Positions 39,726 to 50,075 are shown, counted from the first letter of the stretch. The stretch: 64,000 bases of DNA from an uncultured Actinomycetes bacterium (GCA_963704885.1 CAVPIB010000004.1:1072793-1136792), one strand, 5' to 3'. The notes: generated by a model not told the origin, from the letters alone. Numbers and translations: made by a program.

Positions 39726-40924
39726 GAGGCGATCGCCACCCCTTCGGCCACCAGCGCGCCGACGTCCTCCCGGCTGTAGCCGAGCTCGGTCAAGACGTCG
39801 AACGTGTGCTCCCCGAGCGCGGGCGCCGGCGACGGATAGTCGAGCGGCTCCAGGTCGAACCGCACCGGCGTCCCCACGACGCGGTAGTCGCCGGCGCTCG
39901 CGTGATGCAGCTCCTGCACCGCGCCCAGAGCCCGCGTCTGTTCGCTCGCGAGGATCTGCGCGATGTCTTGGACCTCGGCCGCCGGGACGCCTTCGGCGCC
40001 GAGCAACGCCAGCCAGTGCTCGCTCGGCTCCCGGCGAAGAACCTCTTCCAGCGCGGCCGTCAACTCGTCGCGGTGGCTGACGCGAGAGGCGTTATCTGCG
40101 AACCGGGGATCGTCGAGCAGGTGCTGGGCACCGAGCACCCCGCAGCACCGGACCCACAGGTCTTCGGAGCCGGCCCCCGCCAGCACGATCCAACCGTCGG
40201 CGGTGCGGAACCCGCCGTAGGGCGCGAAGGTCGGAGAGTGCGTCCCCAGCAGGCCGGGCACCTGCCCCGAGACGAACGTGCTCGCCGCGAGCGACCCGAG
40301 GGCGGCGAGCGCGAACTCGAGCAACGAGGACGACACGTGCCTCCCGATCCCGGTGCGCTCCCGTTCGACGTGCGCGGCCAAGAGGCCGAACGCGCAGCAC
40401 ATGCCCGCGCCGACGTCCAGCACGGGAGCGCCGACCTTCACCGGGCCCGACCCCTCGCTGCCGGTGACGCTCATCAGCCCGCTCTCGGCCTGAAGGATCA
40501 GATCGAACCCGCCGCGGGCCGCGTCGGGCCCGACGTCGCCATAGCCGGAGATAGAGCCGTAGACGATCGACGGGAAGCGCTCGTGCACGGTCTCCCAGTC
40601 CAGCCCGTAACGCGCGAAGCTTCCCGGCCGGGCGTTCTCGACCAGGAAGTGCGAGGAGGCGAGCAACCGGTCGACCGCCTCGGTCGCCAGAGGCGAGCGG
40701 AAGTCCAGAGCGAGGCTCCGCTTGCCCGAGTTCAGCGAGAGGAACAGCACCGACTGATCCCCGAGCCGCTCGGTCCCTTGCACCCGGTACGGATCTCCCC
40801 CCGGCGGCACCTCGAGCTTCACGACGTCGGCGCCGAACGCCGCCAACAGCGCGGTCGTCTGCGATCCGGCCACGAAACGCGTCAGATCGAGAACGCGCAG
40901 GCCTTCGAGCGGCCGGCTCACCAT
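39722..40924 (-). CDS. Family III (CaiB/BaiF) CoA transferase
   Basis: [48 protein letters not shown]. Confidence 0.93.
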   Translation of the reverse strand: MVSRPLEGLRVLDLTRFVAGSQTTALLAAFGADVVKLEVPPGGDPYRVQGTERLGDQSVLFLSLNSGKRSLALDFRSPLATEAVDRLLASSHFLVENARPGSFARYGLDWETVHERFPSIVYGSISGYGDVGPDAARGGFDLILQAESGLMSVTGSEGSGPVKVGAPVLDVGAGMCCAFGLLAAHVERERTGIGRHVSSSLLEFALAALGSLAASTFVSGQVPGLLGTHSPTFAPYGGFRTADGWIVLAGAGSEDLWVRCCGVLGAQHLLDDPRFADNASRVSHRDELTAALEEVLRREPSEHWLALLGAEGVPAAEVQDIAQILASEQTRALGAVQELHHASAGDYRVVGTPVRFDLEPLDYPSPAPALGEHTFDVLTELGYSREDVGALVAEGVAIAS

Positions 40925-42513
40925 GGATGCGGCTCCCTGAACTCGCCGAATACCGATCGGAAGACATCCGACAGCTCTCCCAAAGTGGCCCCGACTCGCA
41001 CAGCGTCGACCAGCGAGGGCATCACGTTGGAGCCGTCACGGGCGGCGGCCTCCACGACGGCCGTCGCGTCAGCGCACGCCGCCTGGTCGCGGGCAGCCAC
41101 GCGCGACGCGGTGCGCGCCACCTGCCGGTCCGCGATCGAAGGATCCAGCGCGAACAGCTCCGGGGTCTCGGCGGAGGTCTCAGCTGGGTCCGCGTACACG
41201 TTCACCCCGACCCGCGGTCGCGTTCCGTCGGCGGTCTCGCGTTCGATCCGGTACGCGGACTCTGCGATCCAGCGTTGCGACACGCCTCGTTCGATCGCCT
41301 CCACCGCGCCTCCGAGCGCCGCGATCTCGGTCAGGACCTCGTTCGCACGCGCCTCGAGCTCGTCGGTCAGCGTCTCCAGGTAGTAGGAACCGGCCAAAGG
41401 ATCGACCGTCCGAGGCACGCCCGACTCCAGGGCGACGATCTGCTGCGTGCGGAGCGAGAGCGTCACCGCCTCCTCCGACGGGATCTCGAACGCCTCGTCG
41501 TAGCCCATCACGTGGATCGACTGCGCTCCCCCGAGCACCGCCCCGAGGCACTGGATCGTCGAGCGGATGATGTTGTTGAGAGGCTGCTGCGCGGTAAGCG
41601 TGGTGCCTGAATTGCCCGAGAAGAACCGCAGCCGCCCGGAGTTCGGGTCCTTCGCGCCGAACCGTTCGGTGGCGATCCGGTACCACATCCGTCGCGCCGC
41701 GCGGAGCTTCGCCACCTCCTCGAACAGGTCCATCGTGGTGGCGAAGTGGAACGAGAGCCGCGGTGCGAACGAATCGAAGTCCAAGCCGCGAGCGACCAGA
41801 GCTTCCGCGTACGCGATCGCCGACGCCAGCGTCAGTGCCAGCTCCTGGACCGCGTCGCAGCCAGCCTCACGCGCGTGGTATCCGGTGATCGAGATCGGAT
41901 TGAACCTCGGGAGCCGCCCCGACGCGAACTCGATCACGTCGCAGGACAACCGCATCGACGGCTCGGGCGGGAAGACGAAGGTCTTGCGGGCGAGGAACTC
42001 CTTCAAGATGTCGTTCTGAAGCGTGCCGGCGAGCGCTCCCTGGGACACGCCCTGCCGCTCGGCGGCCACGAGGTACATCGCCAGGATGATGGGGGCGGTC
42101 GCGTTGATCGTGAAGTTCACCGAGATCTCGTCCAGCGGCAGCCCCGCGAACAGGTCGACCATGTCCTCCGCGGTGTCGATCGCCACCCCGACCCGCCCGA
42201 CCTCCGACCGCGCCACGGGATGACCGGAGTCGTAGCCGAGCTGCGTTGGAAGATCGAACGCGACCGACAATGCCGTCTGGCCTCGATCGAGCAGGAAGCG
42301 GAACCTCTCGTTCGCCTCCTCGGGAGACCCGAAGCCTGCGAACTGACGCATGGTCCACAGCCGTCCGCGATACATCGAGGGATAGGGACCGCGCGTGAAC
42401 GGCGGCGCTCCGGGGGCGCCGAGCCGTTCGGCCAACCCGGGCGCCAGGTCGTCTTCCGCATAGACCTCGCGCACAGGGATGCCGGCGTCGGTCACGTCGC
42501 GGACCTCGCTCAC
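40918..42513 (-). CDS. B12-dependent acyl-CoA mutase, large subunit (divergent active site)
   Basis: [54 protein letters not shown]; GTG 42513 overlaps upstream stop. Confidence 0.9.
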   Translation of the reverse strand: MSEVRDVTDAGIPVREVYAEDDLAPGLAERLGAPGAPPFTRGPYPSMYRGRLWTMRQFAGFGSPEEANERFRFLLDRGQTALSVAFDLPTQLGYDSGHPVARSEVGRVGVAIDTAEDMVDLFAGLPLDEISVNFTINATAPIILAMYLVAAERQGVSQGALAGTLQNDILKEFLARKTFVFPPEPSMRLSCDVIEFASGRLPRFNPISITGYHAREAGCDAVQELALTLASAIAYAEALVARGLDFDSFAPRLSFHFATTMDLFEEVAKLRAARRMWYRIATERFGAKDPNSGRLRFFSGNSGTTLTAQQPLNNIIRSTIQCLGAVLGGAQSIHVMGYDEAFEIPSEEAVTLSLRTQQIVALESGVPRTVDPLAGSYYLETLTDELEARANEVLTEIAALGGAVEAIERGVSQRWIAESAYRIERETADGTRPRVGVNVYADPAETSAETPELFALDPSIADRQVARTASRVAARDQAACADATAVVEAAARDGSNVMPSLVDAVRVGATLGELSDVFRSVFGEFREPHPW

Positions 42514-42915
42514 GGCTCCACCCGCTCTCGCGACGCCAGCGCGAGTACCCCCTCGACCACCTCGTGCAGTCCCGTGCCGACCGGGTAGACGGCCGCGACG
42601 CCCAGCTCCCGTGAGCGCTGCGGCGTCCACATCGGGGACCGTGCCGCCCACGACGACCGGGATGTGGACGCCCTCGGCATCCCGCGCCTGCAGGAGGTCG
42701 GCCGCGAGCGGCATGTGCGCGCCCGACAGCACCGAGATCCCGATCACGTCGACGTCTTCCTGGATCGCCGCCTGCACGATCTCAGGGGCCGTCCGGCGCA
42801 GGCCCAGATAGACGACCTCCGCGCCGGCGTCCCGCAGCGCCATCGCGATCACCTTGATGCCGCGGTCGTGCCCGTCCAGTCCGGGCTTCGCGAGCAGGAC
42901 GCGCGGCTGCCTCAC
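42510..42915 (-). CDS. B12-binding small subunit of acyl-CoA mutase (frameshift near 42600)
   Basis: [10 protein letters not shown] (DxHxxG), SVLSGAH, VVVGG; shifted frame ends [10 protein letters not shown]...RERVEP* at 42510. Confidence 0.85.
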
Positions 42916-43874
42916 ACGAGCTCCCCCGCAACCATCACGGGCCGCCCATCCAGCTCGAGAGTCGCATCGCGCATCACGCAGTCCAGATGCGCGATCGCGT
43001 CCACGTTGCCGCCGTATGCGATGGAGTTCCCCAATGCGATGTGCGCCGTGCCGAGCGCCGACTCCGTCTCCATCGCCACCCCGCACACCCGTCCCGACGG
43101 ATTGAACGCCATCGAGACCTCCGCCAGGTTGCCCATCCGGTCGTCGGCGCATCGCGCGAGCATCTCCTGGAGCCGGCCCGCCTCCTCCCCCTCGACGCCG
43201 GCCAGCTCGCCGGCCGCGAAGTGGAGCACGACGGGCGAGGGCAGCGGCCCCTGGCCCATGAACAACAGGTCGGCGTCCACGACGACGATGCCCTCGCTCG
43301 AGCCCTCGACCGGAGCCGTCCCCGACTCGATGTCGGGCGGCGCCATGTAGTCGCCGTCATCACGAGCGAGTCCGTGCAACACCCGGCCGGGACGGCCTTC
43401 GACCGATCCGCGCAGATCGGTGCCGGCAGGCGTCGTTAGGTGGAAGGCGGCGGCCTTCCCCCATGCGGCGCCCACCCGTTCGGCGTCGGCACGGATCGCG
43501 TCGAAGTCGACCGCGAGCGGGCCATCGTCGCGGAACGTCTCCAGCCGAACGCCGGGCATCGCGAGGTAGCGCACGCCCGCCTGGGTGGCGCTGCGTCGGG
43601 CCGCGCTCGAGCCGATGAACAGGCTCGTCAGCTCGATGACGGCACCCGCCTCGAGCATCGCGGCCGCAGCGGTGCTGGGTGGCTCCGAACCGGGCAACGG
43701 GGGCGTGGGGATCTTCGAGACCACGGCCACGCCGTTGCGAGCCTCGATGCCCGTGACCAACCCGGCCACGACGTCCAGGTCGGTCCCGTCGTCGGTCAGC
43801 AGCAGGACCTGTTCACCCGACCGAACGGCCAGACACCGATCGAGCAGGTTGTCGAAGCCCTTCGGCACGTCCAC
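42912..43874 (-). CDS. Aminopeptidase T (M29)-like metalloprotein
   Basis: [43 protein letters not shown]. Confidence 0.75.
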   Translation of the reverse strand: MDVPKGFDNLLDRCLAVRSGEQVLLLTDDGTDLDVVAGLVTGIEARNGVAVVSKIPTPPLPGSEPPSTAAAAMLEAGAVIELTSLFIGSSAARRSATQAGVRYLAMPGVRLETFRDDGPLAVDFDAIRADAERVGAAWGKAAAFHLTTPAGTDLRGSVEGRPGRVLHGLARDDGDYMAPPDIESGTAPVEGSSEGIVVVDADLLFMGQGPLPSPVVLHFAAGELAGVEGEEAGRLQEMLARCADDRMGNLAEVSMAFNPSGRVCGVAMETESALGTAHIALGNSIAYGGNVDAIAHLDCVMRDATLELDGRPVMVAGELV

Positions 43875-43878
43875 GCCA

Positions 43879-45090
43879 TCAGGTCCCTTCGGCTGACGTC
43901 AGCGCCAGCGCGGCAAAGACCGAGTAGACCTTCGTCGCCTCGTGGATGTCCTCGACCGTCAGGTGCTCGTCGGGGCAGTAGACGGGAGGTCCTCCGGGTC
44001 CGAAGATCACGGTCGGCACCTTCTCCCCGAAGCTGGCCGTGTCGCCTAGCCAGTTCTCCACGACGAGCGGCGGCTCCTCCCCTCGCACGTCGCGCACCGC
44101 CGCTCGCATCAGTCGCACGACGTCGTCGTCCGGAGCTGCGAGGTACCCCGCCTTCACGTCGGCCAGCACGACCTCCGCACGGAAGCGCGGGTCGGCCTTA
44201 GCCGCCTCGCCCAGGCACCTGTCGATCTCGGCGCGAACTTCGTCGATCGATACGCCGGGCTGCGGCCGGCAGTCGACGCGGATCACGCACTCGTCCGGGA
44301 TCATGGAGGGACCACCGGGCGCGAGCCCACCGTAGATCCGGCCCGGGACTATGAAGGTCTCGGCTCCGAACAGGTCGACGATCCAGGGCTCCAGCTGCGG
44401 CTCGTACTTCGACGCGTCCAGGGCCAGCACCGCCTGGGCCGCGAGCACGTTCGCGTTGATCGCCTGTGGTTTGTGGCACGTGTGGGCGGACCGGCCGACC
44501 GTCGTGATATCGAAGTAGTAGCGACCCCTGTGTCCCAGGCAGACCTGGTTGTCGGTCAGCTCCCCGAGGACGCATAGGTCGGCGTCGAACTCGTCGAAGT
44601 ACGCGATCGAACCGAGCTGGTCGCCCATATGGTCGGCCACCGCGGCCATGCTGACGGTGCCCTTCAGCGGCAACCCCGATGCGCGGACCGATTCGATCGC
44701 CACGATCTGACACGCCAGCGCGGCCTTCATGTCCATGACGCCGTGGCCGTATACCGACCCATCGATCAGGGCACCCGAGAACGGCTCCGTGACGCTCCAC
44801 CCTTGCGATACCGGCTTCGTGTCCATATGGCCGGTGAGGACAACCCTCGGGCCATCCCCGAACGAGGCGTGCCCGACGGCGTTGGGTCGGTCCGGAAGCA
44901 CCGGTTGAAGCTGCACGCCCTCGAAGCCCGACTCGGACATAACGGAGGCCAGGAACGCAGCCAGTTCGCCCTCCTCACCGAGGACGGACGGGATCCGGCA
45001 CACCTCCTGGACGAGCTCCACAGCGCGATCCAGATCGAGCGCATCCAGGACGTCGGTGGTCACCGAGGTGGTATCTGATATCTCACGCAC
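43879..45090 (-). CDS. M20 family deacylase (ArgE/DapE/YlmB-like)
   Basis: GHMDT, GHGVMDMK, GRSAH, FGPG...DEH; DH where EE is usual; start approximate (GTG 45090 just below a TACCTT -10). Confidence 0.82.
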   Translation of the reverse strand: MREISDTTSVTTDVLDALDLDRAVELVQEVCRIPSVLGEEGELAAFLASVMSESGFEGVQLQPVLPDRPNAVGHASFGDGPRVVLTGHMDTKPVSQGWSVTEPFSGALIDGSVYGHGVMDMKAALACQIVAIESVRASGLPLKGTVSMAAVADHMGDQLGSIAYFDEFDADLCVLGELTDNQVCLGHRGRYYFDITTVGRSAHTCHKPQAINANVLAAQAVLALDASKYEPQLEPWIVDLFGAETFIVPGRIYGGLAPGGPSMIPDECVIRVDCRPQPGVSIDEVRAEIDRCLGEAAKADPRFRAEVVLADVKAGYLAAPDDDVVRLMRAAVRDVRGEEPPLVVENWLGDTASFGEKVPTVIFGPGGPPVYCPDEHLTVEDIHEATKVYSVFAALALTSAEGT

Positions 45091-45099
45091 CAGGGCGGA

Positions 45100-45129
45100 A
45101 AGGTAACGTCTGCACTGCCGATGGGTCAA
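45100..45129 (-). promoter_or_regulatory. Sigma70-type promoter for the leftward catabolic operon
   Basis: Minus strand TTGACC-N18-TACCTT upstream of GTG 45090; divergent TTGACA at 45161-45166. Confidence 0.55.
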
Positions 45130-45196
45130 ACCCATCGTGGATCAGGTGCAAGGTCTTCGTTTGACAACGGTTCGCATCTCGTATCTCATATGCCGC

Positions 45197-45958
45197 ATGA
45201 CAGCCCTCGCCACCCCGGCGATAGAGCTCAGAGGTGTGCGCCAGCGATTCGGTGATGTCGTCGCGCTCGCCAACGTGGACTTCACGGTCAACCGGCACGA
45301 GCGGCTGGGGATCGTGGGCCCGAGCGGCTGTGGCAAGTCCACCCTCCTCTCCGAGATCGCGGGACTCATCCAGCCCGACGAGGGGACGGTCTCGATCGAC
45401 GAGGCAACGACGCCGAAGGAGCGCCTCAAGCGGTGTGCACTGATGCCGCAGCGAGATCTCCTGCTCCCCTGGCGGACCGCCATCGACAACGCCGCGATCG
45501 CCCTGCAGAACCGGGGCATGAAGATCGCCCCGGCACGGGAGAAGGCGCGGCCGCTGTTCGAGCGGTTCGGTCTCGCGCAGTTCGAGGAGCGGATGCCTGC
45601 CGAGCTCTCCGGCGGCATGCGCCAGCGCGTCGCGTTCCTGCGGACCCTCATGGCCGAGAAGGACATCCTCCTCCTCGACGAGCCGTTCGCGGCCCTCGAC
45701 TCGATCACCCGGTCCAGCATGCAGGAGTGGCTGCTCTCCGCGCTCGAGCAGGAACCCCGGACGGTCCTGCTCGTTACCCACGACGTGGACGAGGCACTCT
45801 TGCTCACCCATCGGGTCATGGTGATGTCCGCGCGCCCCGGGCGGATCGTCCGCACGCTCGAGACGGACCTACCGCGCGATCGTTCGCGCCGCGAAGTCGT
45901 CACATCGCCGCAGTTCTCGGCCTTGAAGGAGTCCGCACTAGAGGCGCTGGAACTATGA
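45197..45958 (+). CDS. ABC ATP-binding protein (ThiZ-like)
   Basis: GPSGCGKST, LMPQRDLLLPWRT, LSGGMRQRVAFLRT, LLDEPF. Confidence 0.92.
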   Translation: MTALATPAIELRGVRQRFGDVVALANVDFTVNRHERLGIVGPSGCGKSTLLSEIAGLIQPDEGTVSIDEATTPKERLKRCALMPQRDLLLPWRTAIDNAAIALQNRGMKIAPAREKARPLFERFGLAQFEERMPAELSGGMRQRVAFLRTLMAEKDILLLDEPFAALDSITRSSMQEWLLSALEQEPRTVLLVTHDVDEALLLTHRVMVMSARPGRIVRTLETDLPRDRSRREVVTSPQFSALKESALEALEL

Positions 45959-46761
45959 ACGAGCAGGCAAGCGACCTCACACCGAAGCCGAGCGGGTCGA
46001 GCGTGCGCCGGATCGTGGATCGATACGGACCCCCGGCGCTCGTGGTGGTGGTCACGATCGCACTGTGGGAGATCGTCATCCAGATCCTCGACGTGCCGAC
46101 CTACATCTGGGCGCCCCCAACGCTCATCGCCCAAACCATCCAAGAGCGTTTCCCGGAGCTGATCCATCACGGAGGCGTCACGTTGATGGAGACCATGATC
46201 GGCTTCTTCTTCGCGATCTTCTTCGGCCTGTCCTTCGGGTTCCTCCTGCACTTCTCGACGATGGCCAGGCGTGCGCTCTATCCGATCCTCATCGCCTCGC
46301 AGAGCATCCCGACCGTGGTGCTCGCGCCGGTGTTCGTGCTGGTCCTGGGGTTCGGCCTGTGGCCGAAGGTCGGGGTCGTGACCCTCTTCTGCTTCTTCCC
46401 CATCGTGGTGGGCACGATCGACGGGTTGTCGGGTGTGGACCGCGAGTACATCCGGATGATGCTTACGCTGGACGCGACGCGGATGGGCATCTTCCGGCGG
46501 GTCGAGTTCCCTTCAGCCCTGCCGCAGATCTTCTCCGGCACGCGCGTGGCCGCCACCTACGCGGCGATCGGGGCGGTCTTCGGGGAGTGGGCCGGCTCGC
46601 AATCCGGTCTGGGCTGGCAGATGCTCCAGGCGAAAGGCCGACTCGACACGCCCCTCGTATTCGCCGACATCGTATTCATCACCGTGATGGCACTGGCGCT
46701 CTTCGGCGCCGTGTCGCTCGTCGAGCGCCTGACCATCCCCTGGGCGCGGAAAGGGGGGTGA
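45955..46761 (+). CDS. ABC permease (ThiX-like)
   Basis: SQSIPTVVLAP, FFPIVV, PSALPQIFSG, GAVFGEWAGSQSGLG. Confidence 0.9.
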   Translation: MNEQASDLTPKPSGSSVRRIVDRYGPPALVVVVTIALWEIVIQILDVPTYIWAPPTLIAQTIQERFPELIHHGGVTLMETMIGFFFAIFFGLSFGFLLHFSTMARRALYPILIASQSIPTVVLAPVFVLVLGFGLWPKVGVVTLFCFFPIVVGTIDGLSGVDREYIRMMLTLDATRMGIFRRVEFPSALPQIFSGTRVAATYAAIGAVFGEWAGSQSGLGWQMLQAKGRLDTPLVFADIVFITVMALALFGAVSLVERLTIPWARKGG

Positions 46762-46840
46762 CCGAGGCTCTCGAGCACGCGGTGCCAACTCACCGCAAGC
46801 AGCAGATCAGGGCAACAACGGACGAACGGAGGAGGTACCT

Positions 46841-47911
46841 ATGGATCTGAAGAAGCGGAACATCCGTTCCCGCTTGCTCGCCCTCGGCGTCGTGATGGGC
46901 GTCTTGCTGGCGGCCTGCGGGAGCGACGCGGAAACCCCGGCGGCATCGCCGTCTTCCGGAGAGAGCCCCACCACGGCAGAGAGCCCAACGATGGCGCCCG
47001 CCACGCTTAAGGTGGCGCTGGACTGGTTCGCGAACCCCGATCACGTCGCGCTCTACTACGCGCAGGACAACGGGTTCTTCGCCGACCAGAACCTGACCGT
47101 TGAGTTCGAGGTCCCCTCGGACGTCACCGCAGGCCTCAAGCTCGTCGGGACGAACAAGTTCGACCTCTCGATCTTCTATCAGGGCGACATGTTCTTCGCC
47201 GCGCAAGAAGGCCTCCCCGTGATCGCGGTGGGCTCGCTGGTGCCGCAGCCTCTCAACTCGCTGATGGCGCTCGCGGACTCCAAGGTCCAGGGACCGGATA
47301 CCGTGAAGGGCGCCACGATCGGGGTCGCGGGGCTTCCGTTCGATGACGCGATCCTGGAGACGATCCGCACGACGCAGGGGCTGGCGGAATCCGACGTGAC
47401 CAGCGTCAACGTGGGGTACGACCTCGTCCCGGCACTGCTCTCGAAGCAGGTGGACGCGGCGATCGGGACTTACTTCAACATCGAGGGCGTCCACATCGAG
47501 TCCAAGACCGGTGAGGCGCCGGTCATCGTGAAGATGGCTGAACTCGGAGTCCCCACCTACGACGAGCTGATCGTCGTCGGCAACAGCGAGCGGCTGCAGA
47601 GCGACCCGGAGTACGCGGACGCCGTCAGCCGCTTCCTGACCGCGTTGGTCGAGGCGACGAAGGCCGCTCAGGCCGACGAGGCCGGATCGATCGCGACCAT
47701 GGAGGCGAACACCGAGTACACGGAAGAGGAGATCGCAGCGATGGTTCCCGACACTCTGCCGCTGCTCTCTTCACCGCAAGGGCTCGAGACGGGCTGCTTC
47801 AGCCTGGAAGCCTGGCAGACGTTCGGTGACTGGATGTTCGACAACGGACTCCTGGATGCGGCGGTCGACCCCGCCACCATCGCCACCAACGACTACTTGC
47901 CGGCCTGCTGA
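46841..47911 (+). CDS. NMT1/THI5-family substrate-binding lipoprotein (ThiY-like)
   Basis: LAAC lipobox, LDWFANPDH, GVPTYDEL, TNDYL; GGAGG RBS. Confidence 0.88.
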   Translation: MDLKKRNIRSRLLALGVVMGVLLAACGSDAETPAASPSSGESPTTAESPTMAPATLKVALDWFANPDHVALYYAQDNGFFADQNLTVEFEVPSDVTAGLKLVGTNKFDLSIFYQGDMFFAAQEGLPVIAVGSLVPQPLNSLMALADSKVQGPDTVKGATIGVAGLPFDDAILETIRTTQGLAESDVTSVNVGYDLVPALLSKQVDAAIGTYFNIEGVHIESKTGEAPVIVKMAELGVPTYDELIVVGNSERLQSDPEYADAVSRFLTALVEATKAAQADEAGSIATMEANTEYTEEEIAAMVPDTLPLLSSPQGLETGCFSLEAWQTFGDWMFDNGLLDAAVDPATIATNDYLPAC

Positions 47912-47920
47912 GAACGAGCG

Positions 47921-47953
47921 ATGGCGGGGGAGGCCACCGGCCTCCCCCGCCAT
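47921..47953. terminator. Perfect 15-bp hairpin between convergent genes (probable bidirectional terminator)
   Basis: ATGGCGGGGGAGGCC-ACC-GGCCTCCCCCGCCAT. Confidence 0.8.
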
Positions 47954-47969
47954 CTCCTTCCTGAAGAGA

Positions 47970-48671
47970 TCAGCCCTCGAGGAGATCGGGCCACTGCTCG
48001 AGCGTGTAGGCCATCTCCCAGAACGAACGTTCCAGCCGCGAACTCGTCGCGAAGATCTCCGCGATCTCGCGCCGGCGAACATCGCTCGCGGCTTCCTCCA
48101 ACATCAGCACGTCGAAGTCCCGACGCATCTCGGCGACCATCTCCACGACCCGCGGCATCGAGAAGTACGCGATCCACCCTGCGTACACCGGGTGGGTGCC
48201 GTCCGTGCGCTCTCGCAAGGCGGTCGCGATCTCCACGTAGCTCCACGAGCATGGCAGGAGCGCCGCCATGATCTCGAGCGGGCCCCCTCGGAGGGAGAGT
48301 GCCTGCATGTAGCTCGTATACGCAACGTTCGCCGGCGCCATCGCCAAGGAACCGCCCCGGTCCTCCGCTCCGAGCTCGATCACCTGCGCCAAGAGTTCAC
48401 GGTTGCTCGGGATCTCGGCGTCGAGCACCTGGTTCAGATCGACGGTGAAGTATCGGAGCTCACGCTCGGTGCGCGACTTCGCGGCGCCCAACGCCAGGCA
48501 CCGGGCGTACTCCTGCAGATAGAAGACGTCCTGCTCTAAGAAGAACCGGAACTTGTCCAACGGCAACGTGCCCTCGGCCAGCTCGGTGATGAACGGGTGC
48601 TGATGAAGAGCCGTCCAGATGGGCGAGCAATCCTCGCGGAGCAGATCGGAAGACGAGGTCGTCGTGCTCAT
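47970..48671 (-). CDS. tenA: TenA thiaminase II / aminopyrimidine aminohydrolase
   Basis: HPFITELAEGTL, FFLEQD, LPCSWSY, YAGWI, LERSFWEMAY (D/C/E set intact). Confidence 0.9.
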   Translation of the reverse strand: MSTTTSSSDLLREDCSPIWTALHQHPFITELAEGTLPLDKFRFFLEQDVFYLQEYARCLALGAAKSRTERELRYFTVDLNQVLDAEIPSNRELLAQVIELGAEDRGGSLAMAPANVAYTSYMQALSLRGGPLEIMAALLPCSWSYVEIATALRERTDGTHPVYAGWIAYFSMPRVVEMVAEMRRDFDVLMLEEAASDVRRREIAEIFATSSRLERSFWEMAYTLEQWPDLLEG

Positions 48672-48696
48672 GGTGCTGAGTGTAAGCGGACTTGCT

Positions 48697-49266
48697 TCAG
48701 CCGAGCGACCAGGTGACCGTCACGCTCACGGAGCCGAGGTACATGTCGGGAACCGGAGCGGGTTCCATGCCACCGCCACCGCCGGGCGATCCCGGTGACG
48801 ATCCGGATCCGCTGGCGCCGCCCATCATCGGGTAGTAGTACGGCGTCGCGGATACCTGCATGTCGATGATCGGGCCGAGCGTTATCCCGGCGGCGCCCGC
48901 GGCAGCGTTGGCCTGTGCCATCGCATCCTGAACGGCCGCTGCGATCGCAGCGTCGCGGGCGGCCGGGTCCTGTCCTTCGATCGTCGCCTGTCCATACGTC
49001 GTGAGACCGGGAACCGCGCCGGAGGCTCCGCAGCACCACGCGGGAGCGGCGATTCCGGAACCGATCGCGATATCGGGAGCCGATGTCACGGTTCCGACGG
49101 AAACACCGGCGGTTCCTGTCGAGCCGGAGACCCCTCCCCCATCCGACGGATCCTCTGATGCAGCGGCGCCCTCACCGAACGCCGCGGTCGCACCGATCAC
49201 CAACGTGACCACCGCCACTGCGAACGCCAGGATCGGACGGGCCGGATACCTTCGAGACACGTTCAT
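48697..49266 (-). CDS. Secreted SIMPL (DUF541)-like protein
   Basis: Signal peptide; ARDAAIAAAVQDAMAQANAAAGAAGITLGPI...VSVTVTW. Confidence 0.72.
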   Translation of the reverse strand: MNVSRRYPARPILAFAVAVVTLVIGATAAFGEGAAASEDPSDGGGVSGSTGTAGVSVGTVTSAPDIAIGSGIAAPAWCCGASGAVPGLTTYGQATIEGQDPAARDAAIAAAVQDAMAQANAAAGAAGITLGPIIDMQVSATPYYYPMMGGASGSGSSPGSPGGGGGMEPAPVPDMYLGSVSVTVTWSLG

Positions 49267-49302
49267 GGCGTGCTCCCTTCGGGGGTAGGTAGGTCATCTC
49301 TG

Positions 49303-49329
49303 GACGCCCCCGGCACGCCGTGAGGTTCC
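49303..49329 (-). promoter_or_regulatory. ECF-sigma-type promoter for the SIMPL gene
   Basis: Minus strand GGAACC-N17-CGTC, resembling actinobacterial SigH/SigE consensus GGAAC..CGTT. Confidence 0.5.
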
Positions 49330-49358
49330 TGATGTCAACCGATCTACGCGCGATCCAT

Positions 49359-49745
49359 TCACCAGATCGTGCGGATGGGATAGCTCTGCAGGATCTCGTC
49401 GCCGGTCACCAGGTCAAGATCCTCGACCAGCGCCTGGGCGACGAGCATCCGGTCGAACGGATCGGCGTGGATCGCGGGGAGCCCGGGCAGCGCGTCCACG
49501 TGTCGTTGTTCGATCGCCATGATCTCGGATGCGTAGTCGCTCAGATACTCGGCGAAGTGCACCTCGGGTTCCTGCGGGAGCCGGAGTCGCCCGGCCAGAA
49601 CCTTGACGGTGAGCTCCCACGTCGTGGCGACGCTCACCACCACCCGCGTCCGGCGGTCGGCGAGGAGGTCACGCACTTCGGGAGGGAGTCGTTCGTCGTC
49701 TGACCCCAACCACAGGAACACGTGGCTGTCGATCAGGACCCTCAC
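49359..49745 (-). CDS. vapC: PIN-domain toxin
   Basis: LIDSHVFLW, SVATTWE, HADPFDRMLVAQA, LVTGD. Confidence 0.92.
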   Translation of the reverse strand: MRVLIDSHVFLWLGSDDERLPPEVRDLLADRRTRVVVSVATTWELTVKVLAGRLRLPQEPEVHFAEYLSDYASEIMAIEQRHVDALPGLPAIHADPFDRMLVAQALVEDLDLVTGDEILQSYPIRTIW

Positions 49746-50005
49746 TCGTAAGGGAACCCGGGGAAGATCTGCCACGGAAGCGGATCGTCGAAGTCCTCCG
49801 ACATCCAGATCTGACCCTTGTACTTGCCCAGTGGACGTCGTTCCAGCACGGGCTCGATGGCGACCAGCCTGGCGATGGGTTTCCCCGCACGGGCGATGAC
49901 GATCTCCTCCCCACGTTCGACCCGCTCGAGCAGGCGCGAGAGGTGGGTCTTCGCCTCGTGGACGTTCACGGTATCGAGGCCCGAGATCTCCTCTGCCGTC
50001 GCCAT
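49742..50005 (-). CDS. Phd/YefM-type antitoxin
   Basis: VNVHEAKTHLSRLLERV..GEEIVIARAGKPIARL...DFDDPLP. Confidence 0.92.
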   Translation of the reverse strand: MATAEEISGLDTVNVHEAKTHLSRLLERVERGEEIVIARAGKPIARLVAIEPVLERRPLGKYKGQIWMSEDFDDPLPWQIFPGFPYE

Positions 50006-50025
50006 GCGACGCAGCTTAGTCCGTC

Positions 50026-50041
50026 TGACTTAGCTAAGTCA
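50026..50041. promoter_or_regulatory. Perfect 16-bp palindromic operator over the promoter of the Phd-VapC pair
   Basis: TGACTTAGCTAAGTCA inside minus-strand TTGACT-N18-TAAGCT, 7 nt before ATG. Confidence 0.75.
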
Positions 50042-50075
50042 ACACTAAGAGTCGTTGTGCGAAGGTGCCGCCAAC

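Noticed and set aside
40918-43152. 744-aa mutase with N-terminal B12 domain (IcmF-like fusion)
   Set aside because: The linker reads as off-frame sequence; a shift near 42600 restores a normal small subunit ending at 42510, and there is no GTPase domain.
42912-43874. NicX 2,5-dihydroxypyridine dioxygenase, suggested by the nearby nicotinate genes
   Set aside because: The C-terminal GTAHIALG...HLD pattern fits aminopeptidase T-like proteins better, and no other maleamate-pathway genes are present.
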